NCBI GenBank assembly: GCA_016200895.1
Contig: JACQDX010000083.1
Location: 2,400 to 66,399 of the forward strand
Length of the DNA: 64,000 nucleotides
Direction: 5' to 3'
From: Burkholderiales bacterium
Lineage (GTDB): Bacteria > Pseudomonadota > Gammaproteobacteria > Burkholderiales > Burkholderiaceae_D
The translations under genes were made by a program, and so were the position numbers. This document shows, one piece after another, positions 50,844-59,270 of this stretch. The notes beneath the pieces were generated by a model that was not told the origin of the DNA, ran no database searches, and was given only the letters and a program-made list of their open reading frames with translations. Position 1 is the first letter of the stretch; every line of letters starts with the position of its first letter.

Positions 50844-50978
50844 CGCCTATTCCATGAATAAAAAGATTTTAAAAAAAATTGCAGCGAAAAGACGGGTGGA
50901 AAAATATCCCACCTTCCCGTCGTCGCGTACTGTAGCAGCCCATGTTTTGATGGCTGAGTTTTAAAGGATATAAACTAT

Positions 50979-51251
50979 ATGAAGCTCTCGCTCAGAACTG
51001 TACTTGTCATCGTCATGCTATCTGTACTTGCCGGGTTTGTGATAGTACAGGACGGGTATTCTGGTTCTGCCAGAGCTTACTTTGTTTTCTTTATAGCATT
51101 CATTCCCCTTGCTATCTGGATATTTACCAGTGTATTTTCCAAGAACCTGCGCCAGGATGAAAAATTAATTGCCTGCCCTAAATGCAGGATGCGTACGGAC
51201 AGTCTGAGGAATGAATGCATGTGGTGCGACCAGGGATTGCCAGAGAGTTAA
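50979..51251 (+). CDS. small two-TM protein with a C-terminal CxxC…CxxC zinc-ribbon
   Basis: Two hydrophobic helices followed by CPKC-N12-CMWC. Confidence 0.55.
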   Translation: MKLSLRTVLVIVMLSVLAGFVIVQDGYSGSARAYFVFFIAFIPLAIWIFTSVFSKNLRQDEKLIACPKCRMRTDSLRNECMWCDQGLPES

Positions 51252-51258
51252 AAAATCG

Positions 51259-51300
51259 GAGCGCAACACCGGTTTTGCCCGGTGTTGCGCTTTGATGAAT
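51259..51300. terminator. bidirectional intrinsic terminator
   Basis: 12-bp perfect stem gcgcaacaccgg/ccggtgttgcgc with a 6-nt loop, flanked by A- and T-rich runs. Confidence 0.65.
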
Positions 51301-51334
51301 TAAAAAAATGGCCGGAAGTGAGTTGTAATACTTA

Positions 51335-53089
51335 TTACAGACCCAACAAGCGATTCAAACTGTCCATCTCTTTACGCCAGTTGGCTTGCTGTTGCGCTTT
51401 TTGATGTCTGGGCTTGCGTGCCAGATCAGCTTGCAGTAAAGCTTCCACTTCGCAGAGTCTTTGCAATGCCAGTTCCATGTCATTGAATACAATGTCGGTA
51501 GTTTTGAATGGAATTGCCGCTTGCCCTGAGTGCCTTTCTTGTTGGTCCTGTGACAGGGATGGCTTGTTCTGCAAACACTGATAGGCGCTTTCTGCATCCA
51601 GCCATCTTTCCAGGCGGCCATCCTGCACCACCCAGAATTCCTGACAGCTTTGCTCTATCAAATCCCTGTCATGGGATACCAGCAAAAAACCACCGGTAAA
51701 GCCTGCCAGCGCTTCTGTCAATTCCTGCTTGCCCTGCATGTCCAGATGATTGGTCGGTTCATCGAGGAACAGCAAGTGATAGCTGGCCAGTGAGAGTGCC
51801 AAAAATAGCAGACGCGCTCTTTCACCACCGCTCAGCGATGCCACTTTTTGCTGATGACGGTGATAAGGGAAGCCTGCCGAAATCAGCGCCTGCTTGCGCG
51901 CCAACTCTGTCCTGCCAGTGTCAGAGCCAGCGACAAAGGGATACAGCGCATCAGGCAGGCTGGCATCGCTGCTCAGTTGTTGCAAAGATTGGTCGTAATA
52001 ACCTATCTGTGCTGCCGTATGCCAGCGTATGTGTTCAGAACTTTGTCCTGATAATATCGCTTGCCAGCATTGCCTGAGCAGGGAAGATTTGCCCGTGCCA
52101 TTTGCGCCCAGCAAAGCGATCTTGTCACCTGGACGTACACCGAATTGCTCCAGCTTGAACAGACCTGGCAAATCAGGGGTGGCCCTGACGGTCAAGGCGT
52201 CCAGTTGCAGCAAATGGTTGGCAGCCGATTCCTTGCCATGCAATTGCAAAGTCCATGGCTGGCCTTCGGTGACTGTGGTTTGTTCTTCCTTCAGATGGTC
52301 CACCCGTTTTTGCATGGTCTTGGCTTTACGTGCCAGTTTTTCATTGTCATAGACGCTGCCCCAGATAGCCAGACGCTTGCTGCTGGCTGCCAGCCTGTCA
52401 ATTTCGCATTGCTCTGCATCACGCCTGGCTTGCGCGGCGTCATCCGCCAGAGCCAGGGATTGCAGGGCCTCGGAGCAGGGCTGGTCAAAGCAAGTGATTT
52501 GCCTGTCACGCAAGATCCAGCTTTGCCGTGTCACACGATTCAGCAGACGCTGGTCATGCGATACCAATACGAATGCGCCTTTCCAGTTCAGCAAAAATTC
52601 TTCCAGCCATAACAGCGATGGCAAGTCGAGATGATTGCTGGGCTCGTCCAGCAGCAAGAGATTGGGGTCGCGTAATAAGGCACGCCCCAATAGCAGGCGG
52701 GTATGCTGGCCACCGGATAAGGATTGCACCGGTACCTCAGCAGTGGCAGCGTCTATCCCAAGTTCGTGCAAGAGGCTGTCGACACGCCAGTGCAATTCCG
52801 GCACGTCGTTGATTGCATCCAGCATGGCATCGTAGAGACTCAGTGCATGCAGGGTGTGTGGCAGGTGTTGTTCTACATGTTGCAGGCGACACAGGCGTGC
52901 CATCTGTATGCTGCCGCTATTGACACTGCGTTGTCCTGCCAGCAGGGAGAGTAATGTGGATTTGCCGCTGCCATTATGGCCTATCAAGCCTATGCGCTGG
53001 CCGACTTGCAGGGTGAAGTTAAGGTTCTGGAATAAAACGCCGTGGCTGGTGTCCAGTTGTAGTGCTTGTGCAGATAATAAGGTAGTCAT
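51335..53089 (-). CDS. ABC-F family ATPase (two ABC domains, no TM domain)
   Basis: Two Walker A motifs (GHNGSGKST, GANGTGKSS), two signatures (LSGGQHTR, LSGGERAR), two Walker B motifs (LLLLDEPSNHLD, LLFLDEPTNHLD) and a charged interdomain linker. I prefer the ATG at 53089 (MTTLLSAQ…). Confidence 0.9.
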   Translation of the reverse strand: MTTLLSAQALQLDTSHGVLFQNLNFTLQVGQRIGLIGHNGSGKSTLLSLLAGQRSVNSGSIQMARLCRLQHVEQHLPHTLHALSLYDAMLDAINDVPELHWRVDSLLHELGIDAATAEVPVQSLSGGQHTRLLLGRALLRDPNLLLLDEPSNHLDLPSLLWLEEFLLNWKGAFVLVSHDQRLLNRVTRQSWILRDRQITCFDQPCSEALQSLALADDAAQARRDAEQCEIDRLAASSKRLAIWGSVYDNEKLARKAKTMQKRVDHLKEEQTTVTEGQPWTLQLHGKESAANHLLQLDALTVRATPDLPGLFKLEQFGVRPGDKIALLGANGTGKSSLLRQCWQAILSGQSSEHIRWHTAAQIGYYDQSLQQLSSDASLPDALYPFVAGSDTGRTELARKQALISAGFPYHRHQQKVASLSGGERARLLFLALSLASYHLLFLDEPTNHLDMQGKQELTEALAGFTGGFLLVSHDRDLIEQSCQEFWVVQDGRLERWLDAESAYQCLQNKPSLSQDQQERHSGQAAIPFKTTDIVFNDMELALQRLCEVEALLQADLARKPRHQKAQQQANWRKEMDSLNRLLGL

Positions 53090-53197
53090 GCTCTTGTCTT
53101 TGATTTGGGATGCAAGCATCCACGTCAACAGGAGCGCTAACGATAATGAGCCGAGAACAGGCCCGGAGGGGGAGTAAGTGAATTTGCTCTCGTCTGG

Positions 53198-53284
53198 TTA
53201 TCGCAGCGCGATGGAACTAGGACAAGAGCTGGCAAATATACCAAAGTTAGATACGCACCAGACGGCGTATTTAATTAAATCCAT
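53198..53284 (-). CDS. candidate 28-codon upstream ORF (leader peptide?) preceding the ABC-F gene
   Basis: The minus strand reads AAAGGAGGAAAC-ATG, then MDLIKYAVWCVSNFGIFASSCPSSIALR-stop. It is below the length cutoff of the supplied ORF track. Existence rests only on the strong Shine-Dalgarno and position. Confidence 0.25.
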   Translation of the reverse strand: MDLIKYAVWCVSNFGIFASSCPSSIALR

Positions 53285-53385
53285 GTTTCCTCCTTTCATA
53301 AAAAGAGTTGAAGAGTTGGTCAGAAGCCCGATTCTATTGAAATACCGGGAGCAAGGCAAGATGCCTTGCTCCTCTCATAGTCAAA

Positions 53386-54264
53386 CTATACAGATATACC
53401 CACGGTCAAAGTCACGACATAACCCAGCGTCGCACGGCCTGTCACAGTCACCATTTGCAGGCTGGTGCCATCGCTAAAGACATTGTCAGTTGCATATGTG
53501 ATCTGCGCGAGGTTGCGTACGCTGGCGGTGTAGCCGGTGGCTTGATAGGCTTCATTCAGGGTTGCCATGGGGAAGGTGAATTGCGAAGTCTTGACCTTGT
53601 TATTGGCACTGCTGATCTTGGCCAGGCTGGGGTAGACCTCAAAATGCACATGCGGGATACGACCTGAATAACAGCCAGGAAATATCGTGGTGAAGCTGAC
53701 ACTGCCATTGCTGTCCGTCTCTTGCACGCCACGCAGGTAATTTTCAGCGGTGATGCCGGATGAATACATGGAATAGTTGCCATCCCTGTCACAATGCCAG
53801 AGGTAGATTGCATAACTGGCCAGCGAGGCACAGCTGGTTTTGGTATTCACCAATTGCAATTTGATGGTCAAAGGCACACCTGCTGCCACGCCGCTGGCCC
53901 CAGCTATACTGGAGCGTATGTCACTGCGTACGATGCCAGACAAAGCAAGTGCATTGGCAATACTTGCGCCATTACTATTGCTGCCATCACCAGGGTAGGG
54001 TCCGGCTGTTTCTTCCGGGATGATGCTGCAGCTTGCGGTACTTGTACCGGTTGTAGTGCCAGTTGTTGTACCTGTAGTTGTACCAGTCGTAGTGGTCGTG
54101 CCAGTGCTGGTAGATGAGGTCGTGGTGGCATCACTACCGCCACCGCAGCCCAGCAAAGTTGCAGCGCTGCCAACTGAAATCCAGCGCAGCATTTGTCTGC
54201 GTGAGGCTGCTGCCTGCATCAGCGTATGAAGATCGGTTTCCAGTTGATTTGTATGCTTGTCCAT
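53386..54264 (-). CDS. Tat-exported lipoprotein with an intradiol ring-cleavage dioxygenase-like domain
   Basis: Twin-arginine motif SRRQML, lipobox LLGC, a Thr/Gly-rich linker (TGTTTTTGTTTGTTTGTTTGT), then …EETAGPYP…, …LWHCD..G.YS… and …GRIPHVHFEVY… motifs. Confidence 0.75.
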   Translation of the reverse strand: MDKHTNQLETDLHTLMQAAASRRQMLRWISVGSAATLLGCGGGSDATTTSSTSTGTTTTTGTTTGTTTGTTTGTSTASCSIIPEETAGPYPGDGSNSNGASIANALALSGIVRSDIRSSIAGASGVAAGVPLTIKLQLVNTKTSCASLASYAIYLWHCDRDGNYSMYSSGITAENYLRGVQETDSNGSVSFTTIFPGCYSGRIPHVHFEVYPSLAKISSANNKVKTSQFTFPMATLNEAYQATGYTASVRNLAQITYATDNVFSDGTSLQMVTVTGRATLGYVVTLTVGISV

Positions 54265-54455
54265 GATGTCTCTCCTTACAGTTGATGTTGCTGCATTGTG
54301 TCGTGGCGACTTGTTAAGTGCAGTAAAGCAAAGGTAAAGTTAGGTAAGGATTTTGTGTCATCACAGAAATGCGACTGTAAAAGCAGGTAAATTTATACTA
54401 GTGCATTGATGGCTTTGCTATCATCAATTCTATAAATTCTTTTCTCTTTTTCGAT

Positions 54456-55145
54456 ATGACCAAGGTATTGCTCGCTGACGATGACGTGGAACTGGTAGGC
54501 ATGCTCAAGGAATATCTTGAGCGTGAGGGCTTTGTCATTACCACAGTACATGATGGTGAGCAGGCCGTAGTGGAAGCGCTATCCGGCCAGCATGCGATAG
54601 CCGTGCTGGATGTCATGATGCCACGCATGAATGGTATCGATGCCTTGCGCCGCATACGCGAACATAGCCGCATGCCTGTGCTGATGCTGACTGCGCGTGG
54701 TGATGACGTGGACCGTATTATCGGTCTTGAACTGGGGGCGGATGACTATGTACCCAAGCCTTGTACTCCACGCGAATTGCTGGCCAGGCTCAGGGCCATC
54801 TTGCGTCGTACTGAGAGTGGCATGAATGCAGACCAGGACAGGCAATGCCTGGTCGTTGGTGCCTTGCAATTATGGCCAGGGCAGCGGCGCGCAGAATGGA
54901 ATAATAAAATGCTGGACCTGACCAGCACCGAATTCACCTTGCTGGAATTGCTGGTAAAAAATGCCGGGCAAACCGTCAGCAAGAATGAATTGTCCGAACA
55001 GGGGCTCGGTCGGCCACTCGCCAGATTCGACAGGAATATAGATGTCCACCTGAGCAGCATACGCCAGAAAATCAGCGCCTTTGCCGATGGCCGCACTGTC
55101 ATACAGACCGTGTACCGCCAGGGCTATATGCTGACACGCGAGTGA
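54456..55145 (+). CDS. response regulator, OmpR/CpxR family
   Basis: REC domain (…VLLADDD…LDVMMPRMNG…) and a winged-helix domain (…LT.TEF.LLELL..N.G..VS…V.RQGY.L). Confidence 0.92.
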   Translation: MTKVLLADDDVELVGMLKEYLEREGFVITTVHDGEQAVVEALSGQHAIAVLDVMMPRMNGIDALRRIREHSRMPVLMLTARGDDVDRIIGLELGADDYVPKPCTPRELLARLRAILRRTESGMNADQDRQCLVVGALQLWPGQRRAEWNNKMLDLTSTEFTLLELLVKNAGQTVSKNELSEQGLGRPLARFDRNIDVHLSSIRQKISAFADGRTVIQTVYRQGYMLTRE

Positions 55146-56359
55146 CTATGCTGAAACTGGGGCGATTGTTCTGGAAGTTCTTTTTCTTCATCTGGTTGGC
55201 ACAATTGACGGCGATCGCTGGCATCAGCATCACCCTCTGGATTAAGCACAGCAATGAAGATATGGCTAAATCGCTTGCAGGAGAACCGGCTGCTGGCAAA
55301 CCACCGCATGAAGACTGGCGCGGGGCTGGCCCTGGACCCGGACCCGGCACAAGGCCGGATTTTCCTGATGGTGCAAGGCCAGACCGCCCGTCAGGTGAAC
55401 CCGGGCAAGCGCCTATGGGCATGCGCAAGCCACCACGTGAAGGTGCCGATTCACGCGCCTTTATCCCTATGGTAGGTGCTTTGTTCGCCAGTCTTTTGTT
55501 TGCTGCTCTGATGGCCTGGTATATGTCCAAACCCATACGCAGACTGAGTGAGGCCTTTCATGAACTGGCCGGCGGCAAGCTGCAAACGCGCATAGGGGAT
55601 AGCATGGGAAAGCGCAAGGACGAATTGACCGAGCTGGGGCATGATTTTGACCGCATGGCCGAACAATTGACAGGCTCCTTGCAAAACCAGCGCCGCCTTT
55701 TGCATGATGTCTCGCATGAATTGCGTTCACCACTGGCACGCCTGCAGGCTGCCATAGGCCTGGCACGCCAGCAGCCGGACAAGGCAGAAGAATACATGGT
55801 GCGCATGGACAGGGAAGCCGTACGCATGGACAAACTGGTGGGCGAAATTCTGACTTTATCGCGCCTCGAAGCCGGTGCCAATGCAGGGCAAGACCTGATA
55901 CACATGGATGAATTATTTGCCGACCTGACCGACAATGCGCACTTTGAAGCGAAGACCGCAGGCAAGGCTTTCAAGACGGAATTTTCTGCCGATGAAATCA
56001 GCAAGGTATGTGTAGTGGGCCGTTATGAATTACTGCATCGCGCCATGGAAAATGTTTTGCGCAATGCCATCCGGCACACCCGCCCCGACACCGCCGTGAC
56101 CCTGCAAGCCGGGGTGAAGGACAATCAACTGCATATTTCCATACTGGATGAAGGTCAGGGTGTGCCGGAAGCTGAATTGCAGAGCATTTTCCAGCCTTTT
56201 TACCGTAGTGTGCTGGCCGAACAAAGCAGTGAGGGCTATGGTCTGGGCTTGGCGATTACCCAGCGCGTTATGCAGGCGCATGGTGGCAGCATCATCGCCA
56301 GCAATCGCCGCGCTGCGGGTTTGTGCATGCTGATGATACTGCCAATTGCATTCGCCTAA
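55142..56359 (+). CDS. sensor histidine kinase (CpxA/EnvZ-like) with a Pro/Gly-rich periplasmic loop
   Basis: TM1, an inter-TM loop of roughly 75 aa that is largely P/G-rich, TM2, HAMP, H-box …LLHDVSHELRSPLARL…, and HATPase_c (…NAIRHT…, …DEGQGVPE…, …GYGLGLAI…). ATGA-type overlap with the response regulator gene. Confidence 0.88.
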   Translation: MTMLKLGRLFWKFFFFIWLAQLTAIAGISITLWIKHSNEDMAKSLAGEPAAGKPPHEDWRGAGPGPGPGTRPDFPDGARPDRPSGEPGQAPMGMRKPPREGADSRAFIPMVGALFASLLFAALMAWYMSKPIRRLSEAFHELAGGKLQTRIGDSMGKRKDELTELGHDFDRMAEQLTGSLQNQRRLLHDVSHELRSPLARLQAAIGLARQQPDKAEEYMVRMDREAVRMDKLVGEILTLSRLEAGANAGQDLIHMDELFADLTDNAHFEAKTAGKAFKTEFSADEISKVCVVGRYELLHRAMENVLRNAIRHTRPDTAVTLQAGVKDNQLHISILDEGQGVPEAELQSIFQPFYRSVLAEQSSEGYGLGLAITQRVMQAHGGSIIASNRRAAGLCMLMILPIAFA

Positions 56360-56370
56360 GAGCCTGTTTA

Positions 56371-56512
56371 CGATCTGTAGCGAGCGTGCGTCAGCGGGGT
56401 CAGGGCAACATAAAGCGCAGCGCAAAAAGCGGAATGTACTTAAGTACATGAGCATTTTGAGCAGCACATGAGCCCTGCGTGGACTCCGATTGCGCACGCG
56501 CAGTAAGATCGG
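56371..56512. repeat. imperfect ~140-bp palindromic element between convergent kinase genes
   Basis: Arms cgatctgtagcgagcgtgcg… and …cgcacgcgcagtaagatcg are partly complementary around the central palindrome gtacttaagtac. Confidence 0.35.
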
Positions 56513-56521
56513 ACACAGGTT

Positions 56522-57898
56522 CTAAGATGGTATAGGCAGGAACAGACTAACAGTCAAGCCGCCGCCTTCGCGGTTTTGCAAGCTGATCCTGCCGCCATGC
56601 GCCTCTATGATTTCCCGCACCAATGCCAGGCCCAGGCCGGTACCACTGCGTTTGGTGGAGTAAAAGGGAATCAGGGCATTCGACATTACCGTATCTGTCA
56701 TGCCGCTACCTCTGTCCATGACCTCTATGCGTATGACGCCTTGCAAGTTGCGTATGCCAAGGCCGACTTCATCTTCCCTTGAACCAGATTCGTGGGCATT
56801 CTTCAATAGATTCAGCAAGGCATGTTCCATTTGCGCACGGTCCAGGTTGATGGCTTCTTCTGGCAAATTGTCGATGACGGTGAAGATGACTTGTGACTTC
56901 AGACCTGCAATAAAACTATCCCAGTGCGTACTCTCCAGCCGGGGTGTCGGTAACTTGGCGAAGCGCGCATAACCATCTATAAAACTTTCCAGATGGCGGG
57001 TGCGCTCTTCAATCGTGAGCAAAATACCGGGCAGGCGTTCGGTCTGGCCACGTCCTACCAGCACCGCAGCAGAATTTGCCAGTGAAGCAATCGGGGCCAG
57101 GGAATTATTCAATTCATGGCTGATAACGCGTATGACTTTTTTCCAGGTCTGCACTTCCTGGCGACGCAATTCCACCGTCAGGTGGCGCAATAAAAATAAT
57201 TCATGATGACGGCCATTCAGACTGAAGTGACGGCGTGCCAGATGGTAGACTTCTTCCTCTTCTTCTGAATCTTTGGCGGCCACGGTGAACAGGCCATCGC
57301 CACCGCGCAGTATGGCTTCGCGCAAGGAGGCCGAGACTTGTATCATCACTTCATTAAAGCTGAAACCTTCCAGCTTGCGTCCCTGGTTCAGTAATTGCCT
57401 GGCAGCGATATTGGCAAACACGATGGGCCCTCGGTCGGCCACCAGCATCATTGCTACCGGCGTATTCTGCACCATGGTATCAAGCAGTAGTTCGCGCTGC
57501 ACCAGATTCAATCTCTGCTTGCGCAATACATCACCCAGCGCATTGTGGGCTTCCACCAGTTCACCCAGTTCATCTTCCAAGGGCCAGTGCACACCGATGG
57601 AAAAATCATTGTCCTGATAACTGATGACCGTACCCGCCAGGGTGTGGAACAAACGTATCATGGCATGCAACTGGCTGCGCAACAGACCCACGCCTATCGG
57701 CAAGATGATCAACAGGCTGAGGCCGACAGCCAGCCAGACTTGATCTGGCAGCAAATACAGCATGAACATGCTGATGACTACTGCCAGCACCAGTATTGCC
57801 ACCATCAACAGACTAAGGCGGGTGAGCATGGAAAACAGCGGGCGCTGATTGAGCTCTTTACCTGGCCCGCTGTCTGGTGGAGGTACTTGATCTGTCAT
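56522..57898 (-). CDS. sensor histidine kinase (two TM segments, HAMP, PAS-like, HisKA, HATPase_c; NtrY-like layout)
   Basis: H-box …VISHELNNSLAPI… and ATPase motifs …LLKNAHES…, …DRGSGM… and …GTGLGLALVREI…. Confidence 0.88.
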   Translation of the reverse strand: MTDQVPPPDSGPGKELNQRPLFSMLTRLSLLMVAILVLAVVISMFMLYLLPDQVWLAVGLSLLIILPIGVGLLRSQLHAMIRLFHTLAGTVISYQDNDFSIGVHWPLEDELGELVEAHNALGDVLRKQRLNLVQRELLLDTMVQNTPVAMMLVADRGPIVFANIAARQLLNQGRKLEGFSFNEVMIQVSASLREAILRGGDGLFTVAAKDSEEEEEVYHLARRHFSLNGRHHELFLLRHLTVELRRQEVQTWKKVIRVISHELNNSLAPIASLANSAAVLVGRGQTERLPGILLTIEERTRHLESFIDGYARFAKLPTPRLESTHWDSFIAGLKSQVIFTVIDNLPEEAINLDRAQMEHALLNLLKNAHESGSREDEVGLGIRNLQGVIRIEVMDRGSGMTDTVMSNALIPFYSTKRSGTGLGLALVREIIEAHGGRISLQNREGGGLTVSLFLPIPS

Positions 57899-59229
57899 GC
57901 GCTGCGGCTGATACCCAGCCTGTCCATGCGGCGATACAGGGCCTGGCGGCTCAAGCCCAGTTCGGCTGCGGCTTGCGCCACCACACCATGGGCTTTTTGC
58001 AGGGCGCGTTCTATCGCATCCTTGTCTGGCTCTTGTTCATTGACCCAGCTATTCGCTAATGGCAAGCCAAGGTCAGTCGGCATGATCTCGGACTTGGCAG
58101 CCAGCAGACAGGCGCGTTGCATGACATTTTTAAGTTCCCTGACATTACCCGGCCAGGCATATTGCACCAGTGCCGACGCTGTACTTGGATGCAGGGTTTT
58201 GCCATTGCTGAGAAAGTATTCCGCCAGCGGCAAGATGTCGCCCGTGCGTTCTGCCAGTGTTGGTAAATGCAATTCTATGACGTTCAGGCGGTACAGCAAA
58301 TCCTGGCGGAAGCTGCCAGCCCTGATCATGGCTGGCAAGTCAGCATTGGTGGCGCTTAAGACACGTACCTTGACCTGTCTTTCCTTGTTCGAACCCAGTC
58401 TTTCAAAGCGCCCGGTTTCCAGCACGCGCAATAATTTCATTTGTCCTGCCAGCGGCAGGTTACCAATTTCATCGAGGAACAGGGTGCCGCCATCTGCTGC
58501 TTCAAACTTGCCTTCGCGCGCCTTGCTGGCCCCGGTATAGGCACCCGCTTCGGCACCAAACAATTCTGCTTCTATCAGTTCTGCTGGCAGGGCACCACAA
58601 TTCAATACGACAAAAGGACCGTCCTTGACGCTGGAATTGGCCTGTATGATTTCTGCGATTCTTTCCTTGCCTGCGCCATTCGGCCCGGTGATCAACACTG
58701 GCACATCGGCGCGAGCCACCTGGCAAGCCATGCCCAGTACCCGTTCGGTGGCAGCATCATTCCATATCAGATTGCAGAGATTGAATTTTTGCTCCAGCTC
58801 GCGCTTTTGCTTACGCTCACGTTGCAGCCTTTGTTGCAGGGCGCGGTTGCTTTGCCCGAGTTCGATCAGGTTCCTGACCGTGGTCAGCAATTTCTGGTCA
58901 TTCCAGGGTTTGCCTAGATAATCAGCAGCACCTGACCTGATCAATTCCACCGCCGCATCCAGATGCGTCCAGGCAGTCAGCAAGATCACAGGAAGATCAG
59001 GGTAGCGTTTGCGTATTTCAGTGAACAGGGCACGGCCTTCATCGCCAGAGGTGGTGTCTGCCGTGAAGTTCATATCCTGTATCACCAGGTCTATTGCCTG
59101 ATGCTCCAGCATCGCCAGACCCTGTTCCGGCGATGTGGCGCATACCGCATCAATATCATGCAGGGAAAACAGCACTTCCAGTGCCACCGCGACGGTGGCG
59201 TTGTCATCAATAATTAATACGGTAGGCAT
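57895..59229 (-). CDS. sigma-54-dependent response regulator (NtrC family)
   Basis: REC domain (…VLIIDDN…DMNF…), AAA+ Walker A GPNGAGKE, GAYTGA loop (…AEAGAYTGAS…) and C-terminal HTH …AAAELGLSRQALYRRM. ATGA-type overlap with the kinase gene. Confidence 0.92.
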   Translation of the reverse strand: MPTVLIIDDNATVAVALEVLFSLHDIDAVCATSPEQGLAMLEHQAIDLVIQDMNFTADTTSGDEGRALFTEIRKRYPDLPVILLTAWTHLDAAVELIRSGAADYLGKPWNDQKLLTTVRNLIELGQSNRALQQRLQRERKQKRELEQKFNLCNLIWNDAATERVLGMACQVARADVPVLITGPNGAGKERIAEIIQANSSVKDGPFVVLNCGALPAELIEAELFGAEAGAYTGASKAREGKFEAADGGTLFLDEIGNLPLAGQMKLLRVLETGRFERLGSNKERQVKVRVLSATNADLPAMIRAGSFRQDLLYRLNVIELHLPTLAERTGDILPLAEYFLSNGKTLHPSTASALVQYAWPGNVRELKNVMQRACLLAAKSEIMPTDLGLPLANSWVNEQEPDKDAIERALQKAHGVVAQAAAELGLSRQALYRRMDRLGISRSA

Positions 59230-59270
59230 TGTCAGTGTTTGAGTTTTCAGGGCTTCAGGTTTTCAGCACT

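Noticed and set aside
53178-53477. 99-aa plus-strand ORF between the ABC-F and dioxygenase-like genes.
   Set aside because: It has a GTG start with no Shine-Dalgarno and runs into the 3' end of the dioxygenase-like gene on the opposite strand. The sequence has no motifs, and the minus strand here carries the better-supported small ORF.
54040-54120. Degenerate DNA repeats (ggt/agt/tgt-rich) considered as a non-coding repeat or phase-variation tract.
   Set aside because: They lie in frame within the dioxygenase-like gene and encode its Thr/Gly-rich linker. The repeats are imperfect, so slippage-based switching is unlikely.
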